DNA of 61,812 bases, counting the filler, from Choristocarpus tenellus KU-1152 (taxonomy: Eukaryota > Protista > Phaeophyceae): assembly GCA_964200185.2 (NCBI GenBank). It is 9 parts of 9 records of this genome, joined end to end, with 100 filler letters (N's around TTAATTAATTAA, not from the genome) between each part and the next. Parts side by side here need not be neighbours in the genome. Positions count along the whole stretch, not along the records: positions 13,091 to 15,707 come from CAXNAD020026237.1; positions 15,808 to 24,286 come from CAXNAD020004664.1; positions 24,387 to 29,255 come from CAXNAD020012719.1; 6 more parts are not named here. One strand, written 5' to 3'. The first letter of the stretch is position 1; every line of letters starts with the position of its first letter. Both the position numbers and the translations under genes were made by a program. Below the pieces are notes generated by a model. It was not told the origin of the DNA, made no database searches, and saw only the letters and a program-made list of their open reading frames with translations. This document shows positions 13,091-25,754 of the stretch, piece after piece.

Positions 13091-13383
13091 CGATCCCTTC
13101 GCCACTGTTTCCCGGTCACCAACCACATCTGATGACCAAGCAGTGCAACCCCTTCGCCACTGATTTCCAGTCACCATCACCTTCGACTCCACCCCACCAT
13201 TCAACCAGTGTGAACCCTTTTTACCCACTGATTCCAGTCACCAACCACATTCAATGACCAACCAGTGCGATCCCTTCGCCACTGTTTCCCGGTCACCAAC
13301 CACATCTGATGACCAAGCAGTGCAACCCCTTCGCCACTGATTTCCAGTCACCATCACCTTCGACTCCACCCCACCATTCAACC
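13091..13383. repeat. Tandem repeat, 177-bp period built from ~55-65-bp subunits
   Basis: CGATCCCTTCGCCACTGTTTCCCGGTCACC recurs at 13091 and 13268; the subunit CCCTT..CCACTG..GTCACC occurs five times. Confidence 0.88.
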
Positions 13384-14316
13384 CCACTCAACCCTATACC
13401 ACTTTCCACTCCATCACATCATTCAACCCCACAACACGTTCCACTCCACTACTTTCTGCTTCCACCACTCTCCGATACACCCCATCATTCAGCACCTCTC
13501 AACACCACTCCACTACAATCCAAGAGCACCCCTTCATCATTCACTTCAATACCATGCCTTTGAACCAGAAGACATCTACCCCATCCGAACTTGACCTCCC
13601 CCACCCTGTTCCCCAACATCCCAGTTGGTCGTAAGCAATCGAAAGGGTGGGTGGGTGGGAAAGATTGCTTGGAGGTTGCTTTGTTCTAGCCCTGCTTGTC
13701 CTGTCCCACCAACCTCGAGTTTTCTGATGTTCTGATCCATCCCTACCTACCTCTTGCTTCCACCTACCACCCATTTCTTTTCACTTCTTTCCTACCTCGT
13801 CTGCCTTCTACCCGCCAGACTTAACTCTTCATCCACCTTCTCATCATTTTCTTTTTACCCTAATCAGTCAGTACCGTGTTAATCATTCCTTCCAGAATTC
13901 TCCCGCCCACAGAACTCAGATTACTTCGTTAACTTCTTTAATATATGGACAGTTATTATGAATCGTTTTGTATAGAAGTAGTGGTAGAGTAGTAGTACTT
14001 GGAGTAGAAGCAGTCTCTGCCCACCAAAACGACCGTCCATCCGTCCGTCTTATATTACGGTTGTGTTCCCAAGTAAGAATAATAGAACAACGGTTAGTTG
14101 TCGTGTTACTGATAAAAGCTACTATTAAATCGTAAATAGATGATAGATAACCAACCATTACTACTTCAATTCCCTTTCATTAGTTTTGTTTTTGAACCAT
14201 CTACAAAATGTTTCGGGAATCCTAGTCCTCTCACTGTGCAGAACCCAATAGAGGGGACTGCGTTGTGGTTTGTCCAGCAGTTTCAGCGCGAGCACTTGCC
14301 ATCTTGCAGAAGAAAA

Positions 14317-14777
14317 ATGGATTCCAAGCGGGTGCCCGCTGGGTGGTGCCTCGCTCTCCTCCTGTGCAGTTTTGGTGCAAGTGCCGAGCACTACCTCCCT
14401 GGTATCCTCCCATCGTCTTACACTTTGGACCAGCCTGTAAAGCTGTTTGTGAATAAGCTCACCTCCACCAAGACACTCGCGCCCTATGACTTCTATAAAC
14501 TTCCTTATTGCCGTCCTGTTGTGAAGAGACAGGTATAGTGACGGTTGCGCGTAAATGTGTTTGAATCGTACCTTGTGTGCTGAGGGTTACCTGCTACTGT
14601 GTACTCAGGAGTAGTTGTTTTCGATTACATGAGTTTAATTTGAATATCCCTGTGTGGGATAATAGTTTTTTGAATTCACACCCTATCCCTTCCTGATCTC
14701 TCTCTACTCCGACTGGACAGGCCGAGAACCTGGGGCAGATTCTATCTGGGGACCATATCGAGAACTCCAGTTATAAG
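14317..14777 (+). CDS. TM9SF: Transmembrane 9 superfamily (TM9SF/EMP70) protein, 5' partial; exons 14317-14532, 14721-14777
   Basis: Signal peptide, then YLPGILPSSY..VKLFVNKLTSTKT..PYDFYKLPYCRP. A phase-0 GT-AG splice gives AENLGQILSGDHIENSSYK, matching the TM9SF 'ENLGE.L.GDRIENSPY' motif. The remainder is not found before the contig end. Confidence 0.92.
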
Positions 14778-15584
14778 GTTTGAACGAACCCGCCCTGTAT
14801 CCTTAGTGCCTACAATGCGATTCCCTCCTTTGTTATTGACATGATCGAAATGCTTGCGTCTATTTCTGAGTTAAGTGATATTGTTTAGACTGGTAGCACT
14901 TCCTTCTTGTGATTTTTGGTTCGAGCATTAGGCTCGCCTCTTTTTTGGAATAAAATGTAGACAATGTTTTCCGCCGAAAGAATTGAGAGCTTCAATCGTT
15001 TTTCTTCATGCAATATATGACCAACGAAAAAGTTCGGTGATTTAAGCTCAAGATGCAATAAGCTGATGTCACTGATTCCCCCCCCAATACCCCTAGAGTC
15101 ATCTGCAGCACCATTCCTTCCGTCAAACTGCCCAGTTTATTTTTCCCGTCCATATGTGTAATGTTCTCCCTTCTAACGCAAGCGCTGCACAATCTATAAC
15201 TAGTGTATGTTCAGAAAAAGTGTCGTCAGTCAGTCAGAAGACTTAAGCACCACAAACCGACCCAATCTGTCAGTACTTCCTCCATCTCTCACCACAACAG
15301 GATCTAAAACCTCACTAGGCTCGTGTGTGTGATATGTTCACTGCCTGCGAAAATAAACTGTTAATACATCCTCGATCTCGTCAAAGATCTTCGTGATTCT
15401 TCTCCTTGGCCCTTCTCCCTATTCCCCGAACATCCGAACATGAAGTCACTTGTAGCTCGTGTTTGAGTTACCCTTCATGCGCTAAGTGCAAATGCGTTTA
15501 GGGTTAGGGTTAGGTTTCATCTCTGTGTATTCTCACGTGTTCAATACCTAAAAAGTGATTCATCGAGAGGTACCAACCTGGATT

Positions 15585-15641
15585 GGGTCACAAAGTATGT
15601 GGGGGAGGAGGGGGGGTGGGTGCCGGTGTCCGTTTTTGACA
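15585..15641. mobile_element. End of the third TIR subfamily
   Basis: GGGTCACAAAGTATGT(G-rich)GGGTGCCGGTGTCCGTTTTTGAC. Confidence 0.62.
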
Positions 15642-15707
15642 CTTCCTTGTGTACCTAACTCCACTGTGTTCTCCTTCCCCCTTGTCTCCTCCCCCCCCCC
15701 AACACCC

Positions 15708-15807
15708 NNNNNNNNNNNNNNNNNNNNNNNNNNNNNNNNNNNNNNNNNNNNTTAATTAATTAANNNNNNNNNNNNNNNNNNNNNNNNNNNNNNNNNNNNN
15801 NNNNNNN
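15708..15807. other. Artificial contig-joining linker
   Basis: Same 100-bp linker. Confidence 0.98.
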
Positions 15808-15872
15808 TATTTGTATATCGGTTTGTTGGTTGTATTAAAATAAAAAAAAAAAAAATGGTGTTGGGGCTCGCG

Positions 15873-15906
<34 letters not shown>

Positions 15907-15920
15907 AGATACTTTGATCC

Positions 15921-16651
15921 ACTTCGTCACTGTAGCTCCTGGTGATGGACTTGCCGCTCTCTTCCTGCTTTCCGGAGGCGGCGAAGACTGCAGAGCAGTG
16001 CTCCGTATTGGTTGAAGATACAACCACGTTTGTGTGGTAATGCTTTCAATGCATCTTCTCTCAGCGTCAATGTCTCGGTCACGTGGTCCATTTGGCGATT
16101 TGATCATGCTGCTGCGGACATTACACACACTTTCTCGTCACCTAACATCGCACTGAGTCTCACACAGTACTTGCTTTTCCGTCGCCTCTCGATAGAGAAG
16201 GTGCCGAGGGCAGTTCCAGGGGGCAGAGTGGCCTCGGCGGCTCTCCTTGTCTCACTGTCGTGGTTCATGTTGCTTTGTAAGTCACATGTGTGTGTGCTCA
16301 CAGAAAGTCTGCAAAATCTTGTAATTTTTTTCGGTATCCACACACTGGGCAAACTTGGGTAGCGACCCACCCCGTACCAGTTATCTGCAAGGAGTTCAGC
16401 CAACCACTTCATTTTTGTCTGTTTTGAAGTAGTGACCCTCAAATTGCGCTGGAGATGTTCCCCCGCGTTTCCCCATTATTTGATCGGGACATAGCTCCCA
16501 TTCCACGAAGTCTGGACATTCGTGGATATAAACCTTCAAACCCTCTTATCTTACCCTTTTATTTGATATATTGTTGTATATCTTTTGTTTGGTTATGGTG
16601 AAAAAAAATCAAGATTGCCACAGAGGACGAAGCTACTGGTACCACCTTATC
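15921..16651 (-). mobile_element. Tc1/IS630-like element, copy 1 (5' part)
   Basis: Directly alignable by eye to 16724-17325 (inverted) and 38245-39000 (same orientation). Confidence 0.75.
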
Positions 16652-16723
16652 AAATGAAAGGTTGTAACCAGACTGTTCGAAGTTCTGTATGCACCAACAC
16701 ACAAACTTTGGTGAAAGGGAACA

Positions 16724-18381
16724 ATGTCCCGATCAAATAATGGGGAAAACGAGGAGAAACATCTCCGACGCAATTTTTATGGTCACAACCTTGAAAGGTT
16801 CAAAAATGAAGTAGTTGGCTGAATTCCCCCCAGAAACCTGATGTGGGTTAGATCACTTCCCAAATACAGTGCTTGTGGCAATACCGAAAAAACAATCAAG
16901 ATTTGCGGACATCTTTTTTAGCGCCATTAGCAAACAGGCTGTGAGCACATACATTGGTGATCCACACAGCAATATGGACCACGACAGTGAGACAAGGAGA
17001 GCCGCTGAGGCCACTCTGCCCCCCTGGATCTACCCTTGGCACTTTCTCTGTCGAGAGGTGACAGAAAAACAAGTACCGTGTGACACTCAGTGCAATGTTA
17101 GGTGACGAGAAAGTGCGTGTACTGTGGTGCAGCAGCATAATCAAGTTGCGAAATGGATCGCGGGGCCGCGATACTGACGCTGAGAGAAGATTCATTGAAA
17201 GCATTACCACCCAAATGTGGTTGGATCTTCAACCACGTCGGATCACTGCTCTGCAGTCTCTGCCGCCTCGGGAAAGCAGGAAGAGAGCGGCAAGTCCATC
17301 ACCAGGTGGTATAGTAACGAAGTCCATGGGGAGGCCTGGTCATGGCAGGCGAAGGGAGAACCGGGGTGGCCGCCCGAAGGGAAGGTTGGGGAAGAGAGCA
17401 GTGCGACTGTGTGCCATTGCGCTCAGGAAGCGGCTAAGCGAAACCCGGTTGTAGAATATCTTAGTAGTCAATAGTTGCAGCAGGCCCTGGCTGTTTGGAA
17501 GCTATGTGAGCCGGAATGGCTTAAGGAAAACGAGGAAGGTGTTAGGGTTGGGGTGCAAGGGCTCTTAAGCCCGAAAAAAGGTCGAAAGGGCTCGGAAGGT
17601 GGAGGAGAAAGCGATCGTAACAAGGCAACTGCGGAAATTTTTTGCCACCACCAAATCCTTAGAATAGGTCGTGAAGCAGGTGGAGGTAGCCATCGATGAG
17701 GACGCCAGGGAAGAAGAGGAGGTCGGATTGAGACTATTTGCACACCGGTGTGTTGATGTCTCCCACTTCTTGCAAGATGCCGTACATTCACTTTTGTTCC
17801 TGGACTTAGACTTGGACGTATAAAGTGATTAAGGCTTTCTCCCCGCCTGCATTCATTCGAGAAATTCTGTGGGAAAGGGGACTGTTAGAACCTGGAATGA
17901 CGAAGGAAGGGGGGAAAGGAGAGAAACATAACCCAAGCAAAACCATGTTGCATATGCTTGGAGAGCAGAGGGACTTCAACGAGGTAGAGTTCCTAGTCTT
18001 CAGCTTCTTGTCGAGTAGTATCACTGTGAGCTCAACCCCATTGAGCTCGTTTCGGGTCGAGCAAAGCACTGGCTACGACAGCATTGTACCTATTCTTTGG
18101 ACGGACTCCGAAAAAACGTTCTTTAGGCGCCCAGCACATTCGGAATTCCTGGTGCCAGATGGTGCCATTTAGGATTCTTTGTATGGGTCGTTCGTTTGGG
18201 TGGCGTTTAGGGTTAGGCTTTACCAGGTATACTTTAAGTAAGTAATAGTACATCTGTTCCCACTCTTGGTGACCTACAATCCAGGGTTCGAACCAAATAT
18301 ATGAGCGCTTTTTCTTAAAAAAAGAAACAATCGAAAAAACCTCCCACGAAGCCCATATTCTGGAGGCCCTTGTGACGGGCA
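16724..18381 (+). mobile_element. Tc1/IS630-like element, copy 2 (internally deleted)
   Basis: Shares its 5' region with copies 1 and 3 and its 3' end (..TTGTGACGGGCA) with copy 3. Encodes REILWERGLLEPGMT..MLHMLGEQRDFNE, like the 'L.ERGL..L..Q.DF' motif of Tc1/IS630-type DDE transposases. Confidence 0.72.
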
Positions 18382-18599
18382 TCACGAATATGTAATTATA
18401 TTTTGAATCCGATATCTAATCAAAGGTTATGACAGGACAACCCCAGAGGCATAAACTATTGGAACCATTATAGCTCGGTTGGTCTCACTATGGGACCATT
18501 CTCCACTTCCTGTGCTCTGTGCTCCTCCTCCACAAAGTCCAGAACTTCCAACTCCATCTGCCTCCAAATATCTCCATACTTACCAGAAATCCAGTAAAT

Positions 18600-20400
18600 G
18601 GTTGTGGTTCTTCTTGGGTCCAGACAAGTAGTCAGAATTCTTTGGGCTGCCTATTCTCAGGAGTAGTGGAAAATTTTCCTCCCTGTACCAAAGTGGGTAA
18701 CGCAATCAGATAGATAACATTGCACTTGCATGCTAGCATACAGCATTTTCCGCCTCAGGGATGGTGACTTTGAAGGCTCTGCAGGCTGGCAATGCATTCT
18801 CGAGCTTCACTTGTTAGTAGCCATCATAGATAGCAGGGATAATTGGAGGCAATATCTATCACACACGTATTTATGTGTGTGTGTGTGTGTGTCGCCCCCA
18901 AACATCTTCTGTGCTTCCACCATGGACTCGAGTAACTCTTTAACATGGCATCACCTGAGAAAGTAAAAAAACAAGATAAGAAAGAGGCGAAATGGGAGAT
19001 GGGTAAGAAGCAGACTTGAGGTATAGGAAGCTGTCCAACATGGAATGCATGGATCACCAACGAGTCGTTACATCCTCATGACTCACTTGGGTTCGATCCT
19101 TGATATCTTACACACCTCCCTCAAGCGTTCTTTACGCTGCCTGAACTTGGAAAAAGCCCCAGCAGCTGCCCGAGCTGTTTTCATGGCATCCTTGACTCCT
19201 GCCCCTTCAAAGGCAGCACAAGGCACACACTCCAAACGGTGATCTATGCAGTGGTAGGTCGTCATATGGTGACCTTTCTCCAGCAAACGGACAATCTTCA
19301 ACATTCTTGCCACCCCCCTCCACACACTCGGTAGGGCATATTCCGTAGATGAGTCGACGTCATACTTGTGTAGTAACCCACCCTCACCATCTTCACAATA
19401 CCTGGCAACACTCATAGCTTATCCATTCGTAGAGATGATCATAAAGCTTGTGCGGTTGGTTGTGTTCCTGTTCTGTTACTTGGAGTCTCTTCCAAACGTT
19501 TTAGACAAAAAAAATGATCCGAAGTTCTTCCGTTTCGACGAAAGATGGACTTTTATTTGACCGAATCGGACCGATTCATTCTCTTCGATTCACACCACTA
19601 TATAAGAAGTGGCGCACAGATTTCTCTTGAACAAAGCAATTTCAAGACAGTGGTGTTTGTGGGCAATCTCGAACAGAAATGGAACTATATAGATCCACCT
19701 CAACTCTAATACTTGCGTTGGAATATATAGACAACACGATTCAACCACTAGTGAAGATGTGATGTGAGATGACATTTTTTTACCTTTGACTGTCAGGTAT
19801 TGACGGTTTGTCTTGTCTAGCATGCCTCACCACTATATGGAGATATTGGAATATTTTGATACACCTGATTTCACACCAAATACTATGTAGTATCCATTAC
19901 ATTGCCAGAAATTGATGAGGCATCACTGAGCCAGTGCCATCTTCCAGCCCTGAAGGTTACAGAATGCAGGTTTATTGTTGGTTCCTCGCCTTGGTGTCTT
20001 GTGTTGATGCGGATGCGTGGATGTAGCGTATGTGTAGGGATTCCCACATCACAGGAAGGTAGTCCTAGCAGTTGGGGATCCAGCAAAACACCGTTTTCTG
20101 CCCGCTGAGTTGTCACCTGACATCTTTGCTGGAGAGACTCTCAGACACTGGTCACTCAAGAGCATATAAAAGAGACAAGGGATCCACGGAGATTCCTCCA
20201 ACAGAACAGTTGGAGGTCCATTTGATGACCAGCACAACCGAATAAAACTGGTTGAATAGCTTCTTACAGCGCCAGACCAGAGCAATCGAGATTGAAAACT
20301 GGACCGGGCTGTGGGCTGGCCTGGGCGAAATATATCTGAATAAGACCAGACCAGGGCCATAGAGATTGTATCCGTATCAAGCTGCTGCCACTTACCATTT
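18600..20400 (-). mobile_element. hAT transposase pseudogene (limits approximate)
   Basis: HCIDHRLE (CxxH), DVTTRW at 19057-19074 after a frameshift, and LDPR at 18612-18623, in hAT order; multiple stops. Confidence 0.8.
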
Positions 20401-21910
20401 AACAAACTCATCAGGAAATATAACCTTTTCTTTCTTAGATCATATGCTTCAAATACTAGTCTACATTCTCCTGTTTGTTGTGGGGGTTTGATCAATCTTC
20501 AATTTTCACCTCACTTGGAGTTAATTGTCTGACAAGTCCACAAAAACAAGATACTATCTATGAACAATGATTTACCAGGACCAAGTTAGGGCCATCACGG
20601 AGTTTAACGAGACTGCTCAAACAGATGAATACTACATTTTGAGAATGGAAAAATAAAATTGTGAAGAACAAAAAGGGAGAAGTCTTTCAAGTCAATAAAT
20701 AAAGAACAAAACCTTAAGTAAAAACAATTAGGTTTGTGAGGCGTACTCATATCCTTCTAGTATTTTCCACCTCATTCCTACACTAAGAAGACTAAACCTT
20801 GGATGAAACGTATATAAACGTTTACAATTCTATATGTAACCCTGCAGTATTGACAACTGCTACTGAATTGTAATAATTTATTCAGGGCTTCACATCAGGC
20901 CCGGCAAATGCGAAGGGATCATTCTTCATGAGGGATCGGCTCCAATGATTTCTGACTTGCGCAGACCAGGTCGAATAAGTATTGGAACATGTCAAGTCCA
21001 AGACACATTCCAATATTTTGAGGAATGTCTAGACAAGGGCTGTCAGATATTGTAATGGAACCAGGGCATTCATAAACCGAGATAGTAGAAGCTGAACTGG
21101 TTCGGCTCCAAGTAATCTTGTGACTGAATGCTGTGAAAAGTGAGAAAGGGTTATGTATATATAGTAATGCACGAAATAAAATTAGTTCGTTCCCACATGT
21201 ATTTTTGGGTAATGTGGGACATACTTTGACAGGGCTGATCTGGTTAAGCTCCTTGTAAATTAATCTATTGCCGTCGACCATTTCAACCTGACCAGGTTGA
21301 GGTTCAGCCCTGTACCAATATGTTAGAAAGAGGGTGAGTCCATGGCCACAAACTGTTTCAACATTGCTGGGCCACAGGCTGGCCCAGTACCAATATAGTG
21401 TACTCCAACAGGGTCAGTCCATAGTCGCCAACTGGTTTCAACACAGTTTGACTATCTGCCCGGACTGATGAAAAGCCCTTGATAAATTCCTGTATGTCAC
21501 AATGCTAATAACAAAAATGTCCTTTTGGATGCCTTTTGCTGCTCCAACTGGAGCAGTAAAATCCCATACTTTAATGTAGAAACAGGTTGCAATATTGAAT
21601 TGAGTTCTCATGCAGCACCTCCATCAGCACATCTGCAGTCTGGTGCCCGCTGAAACATTAGGTACTGTTCCTCTACCTTGGCAAAATCAAATAGCATTGA
21701 ATACATAATACACCAGACATGAGCACACTTCCACAATTTAAAAAGCTTCATCCAGATGGATGTGATTTGACCATATCCACCCTCAAAAACCTGCCCCCCC
21801 CCCACGAAAATGCAACCCCAATTAAATTTTTTCCAATGCATACCAGGAGAACATCTATGAGACCATTTGAGCCAATAATATACAAGCACACCTGTTGCAT
21901 CAGGAAAGAT

Positions 21911-23607
21911 CTAACTCTCATATGCCTTCCAAATCTTATAGAGTTCCCACATACCAAACCCAGCCACGGTCTCCAGCACCACCCTTTGTACCAAACTACG
22001 GAGTCCTTCACTGCTGTTGCTTCTACCCCTGCTCTCTGCTGACCCGACCAACTCCTTGAAAATCTATGGCAATAGAAATATGGAAAGAGGGGGAGGGGGA
22101 GTAGGAGGTAACAAAGGCATTTGATTGGACATGAGGCAGTTTTGAAGTACACTTGGAATTTTCTGTAAGTATTGCAGAGATGGAGGGATTGACTGCAAAC
22201 GGTGAGGATGAGTGGGTGTGACTTAGGACTGTAGTGGGTGGACTGAAGGTGGGGGCAGGGGGGAGGGAGCAGGGTGGTAGATAGAGAAGCTCATAGGTAA
22301 ATCTGATAGTTTGGTCCTGAACTCTGAAGTGCTTGAAATGCTATCACGGTGTAGTTCAAATTGAATAAAAAAATACCCTCACAAACACCAAGATAAACCA
22401 AACTGCCCCCAAATTCCTAACCCTAACCCTGACGTAACTCCAATGCTAGTCCCCCTCACAAACATACATGGCAGCAGGATACATCTAGCTCAACTCCCCC
22501 CCTCCTGCACCGCCAGAAGGAGATACAGACCGTGCATTTGTCTCCTATAAAACCCTCTGCCCTTACCAGGGTTTCACCACCAATATCCTTGGCTATGGCA
22601 TTCATGACCCCATTTAGGTGTCCTTGTCCTACCACTCCAACCACCCTTCGTTGCCCACACACTGCTCTGCTGCGTTTCATGGTCCAGGCAAGGTACCGGT
22701 CCCTCTCTTCAATCAACGGTTCTTACGGAAGGGGTCCGGGAGGGGAAGGGGGGCAGGAAGTGGAGGGGGGGGATGGAATCTAGTTGAAGGACGGAAACAG
22801 CAGTCTGTCATACTCCTTTCACAAAAGAAACTAACCCTCTTGCGCACATAACCTATCAATAGCCGTTCAACTCTCTTCCAACTTGAAAAAAGATGGGTGA
22901 TCTGTGTGCAGAAAACTTCCCAACCAACAACAATTGCAAAAAATAAATAAACACACACTTCAAAAGGCGTTTCAAGTACACTAAGAAAAAACAGAGCTCT
23001 ACTGTTATACTGCACTTTCTATCAACCTTCCCCTCCCTTCCCCACTCCAGCTTTGCACTCCTGTTTGTTCCGAACGAACGAACGAATGAATTTTGAATTT
23101 TAATATGAATGTAAGATATTAGTAGCTATTGCTACATGCAAACCGGTGGATATCACCAATTGCTGTCACACAATAGCAAAACGGTTCCATAGCTGGTTCT
23201 ATTCTGCCGCGGGAGGACGCCGGACGCCAGTTACCCACTCCAGTCTTGTTTGGGGGGGTCCTCCACGATCGCACGTCAATATGAAAAAATTCACATATAC
23301 ATGACTTGATCAATAGCTTAGCAGTAGCTGTGGTACATGCTTCACATGAAGCGAGAGCTCTTCATTTGTATATATCCATACTGACGTTGGTTTGAGCCGC
23401 ACACATGAACACATTGAAAACACACATGGTGTACAGAGTCTCAACAAACATGTCCTAGTAAATAGTACGGAATTAAGACCTTGAACGAAATATCAAAGTA
23501 GAATGTGAAATCTTACCGACCACGGATGGGAATTGTTGCCCTAACGTAGCAATCAACGCCTCCACAGTATCGTCCCCCACATTGCCGGACTTCACAGCTT
23601 CTCTCAG
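21911..23607 (-). CDS. TraB-domain protein, 3' partial; exons 23517-23607, 22567-22721, 21911-22063
   Basis: Phase-compatible splicing gives ..QQFPSVVEPLIEERDRYLAWTMKRSRAV..VVGVVGQGHLNGV..GETL|IFKELVG..VVLETVAGFGMWELYKIWKAYES*. ERD..LA and VVGVVGxGHLxG are TraB motifs, followed by a C-terminal hydrophobic anchor. Confidence 0.88.
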
Positions 23608-24286
23608 CTGGGGGGAGGGCAATGGAGGCAGAATTAGCACAATACAGTATGGAGTATGGGCCACGAGGTGGAGTGGTAACAGTGAAGTATTTGATGCCAT
23701 TGATTTACTAGGTTTGATATGGGATACATTCATGTTGGGCAGAGGGGGGCAGGTTGGAGAGCAGACATTGCATATTTCATGGAGATTGGATGTGATGAGT
23801 CAGCTTAAGAGCAGAAGAGCTGCAGAGGTGCAGGGTATGGTTTAGTAGCAGTAAACAGAGGATGAGAGGACAGTTAGATGGTCAATGCATTAGTTGGTAC
23901 ATTAGAATGGTGCTGGAGAAGACGTGGGGATAGAGAGGGTAGGTTAAATAACACTACAGACGGGTCAACTAGGAGAATAATGCGATGATGAAATGTGTCA
24001 AGATTATGCTTGACCATTTGTGAGAATATGATTTGAAGTAATATTTTATGTACGCACAGATGATAATGCAGGACATTAAGGATATTTAGGGTTAGGGTAT
24101 TTGACCAGACGTAATCGGCGGACTGTTTCTGACGTGTACTAGAGAACTGCCGAGTCGTTTGATATTCTGAGTAATTCAATGTAAGGATTGGTGAGCCCCA
24201 CCTAGTGACGGTACCTCACTCTCTTCTCAACTGTGATACAAGCTAACAAACAATAATATAACTGGTTGTGTGGGACAACAGATCGT

Positions 24287-24386
24287 NNNNNNNNNNNNNN
24301 NNNNNNNNNNNNNNNNNNNNNNNNNNNNNNTTAATTAATTAANNNNNNNNNNNNNNNNNNNNNNNNNNNNNNNNNNNNNNNNNNNN
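24287..24386. other. Artificial contig-joining linker
   Basis: Same 100-bp linker. Confidence 0.98.
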
Positions 24387-24439
<53 letters not shown>

Positions 24440-25754
24440 TCGAGATCAGCATTGCTTGTTGTAAACTGGATGGATGTAAAGTTTTTCGGTTGTGTTTGCT
24501 GTTGGTGTCTGTTGCCTACTAAATAGGTAGTAAATACCAACTAAATGGCTACTAAATAGGTGATAGGGGAAATGCAGGGGGGGTTTAAGTGGTTGGTTGA
24601 ATGGTTACTCAACTCAAGGGTTAGGGTGTATTTCATGATATTTCATGGTTTAAGTGGTTTGGCTGTGAATGGTGTACCTTCTTGAGGGTTAGGGTTAGGG
24701 TTAGGGTTACGGGGTATTGGTTGGGATGTGTGTTGCATGGTTTGAACTCGAAAATGAATTGATTGTCTCTAATTGTGAACAGTAGTGTGTGCTCGTGTGT
24801 GCTCGTGTGTAGTTAGTTATGTTTGAGGATATGTCTTGATAGTTCTAAGTGTGAACACCTTGGACAGCGTAGAGTGGTGCTCACAATGCTGCTGATGAAG
24901 CATCGTCGCTCTGTAATGATTGATCGGTTTGGACAACACCCAGCACCACTTGCTCAGTATCACCCACTGTCCATGGCAGTTGTGTTTGGTGGGGGGGGGG
25001 TTGTGTTATTGTTATTGTTTTTGATTTGTTTTTTGTAGATGCCCTAAGGTTCTGTGTTGAGGGGTTGAAGTACATCGTAGCATCAATATGTCGTCTTGAA
25101 AGTGCAGTCGAGGATGAAACCCTCTAGTTTTCGCGATATTTGGGTGAAACAGGTGGTTTGTGATGTGGGTTGATGTGTGATTATGTGGTTCATACAGTTG
25201 AATCCATAAATTTAGGAACACCTTTTTTTTGCGCTGGATATATCTCAGGAATTTTCTAAGAAATGTTTTTAAGATCGGCCTGTGATTCCCTTCTTGCTGT
25301 TTGTTTTTTTTACCTTCCATCTGCAGCATGCCTTGTGTGCAGTTAGTTGACTTAAATACAGTACAGTCTCTGCACAATCAAATGCATAGCACGCGCACTG
25401 CTATAACACTCAAGTGTTATAGCGTAACACTTGAGGGCATTGGTGTTGTCCGTAGAACACCTGTTGTTGTGCGGGGTGACCCTCGGACTCAGTTGTTTTT
25501 ATCATCTATGATGTCTGTTGTTTGGGGTTGGGGTTAGGGTCAAGGGTTTATTGCTTGTAGTGCTAGAGCAATTGGGTAGTGTTACATGCTCACTGCTTCA
25601 TAGTCCAAAGTTTCCGATTGTGCCATGTGTGTCTCACTGTTATCATTTTTTTAATTATTTATTTTTAATGAGAACGCCTCCCTTGAAATCCGTGTGTTTG
25701 TGGAAACCTTCTCACGCGCTCTGATCTTGTGGCACACTCTGACAACGCCTTCAG

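Noticed and set aside
24220-24242. 23-nt micro-exon candidate for the TraB gene
   Set aside because: It has AG/GT borders, but is too short to support by homology and the upstream exon is absent
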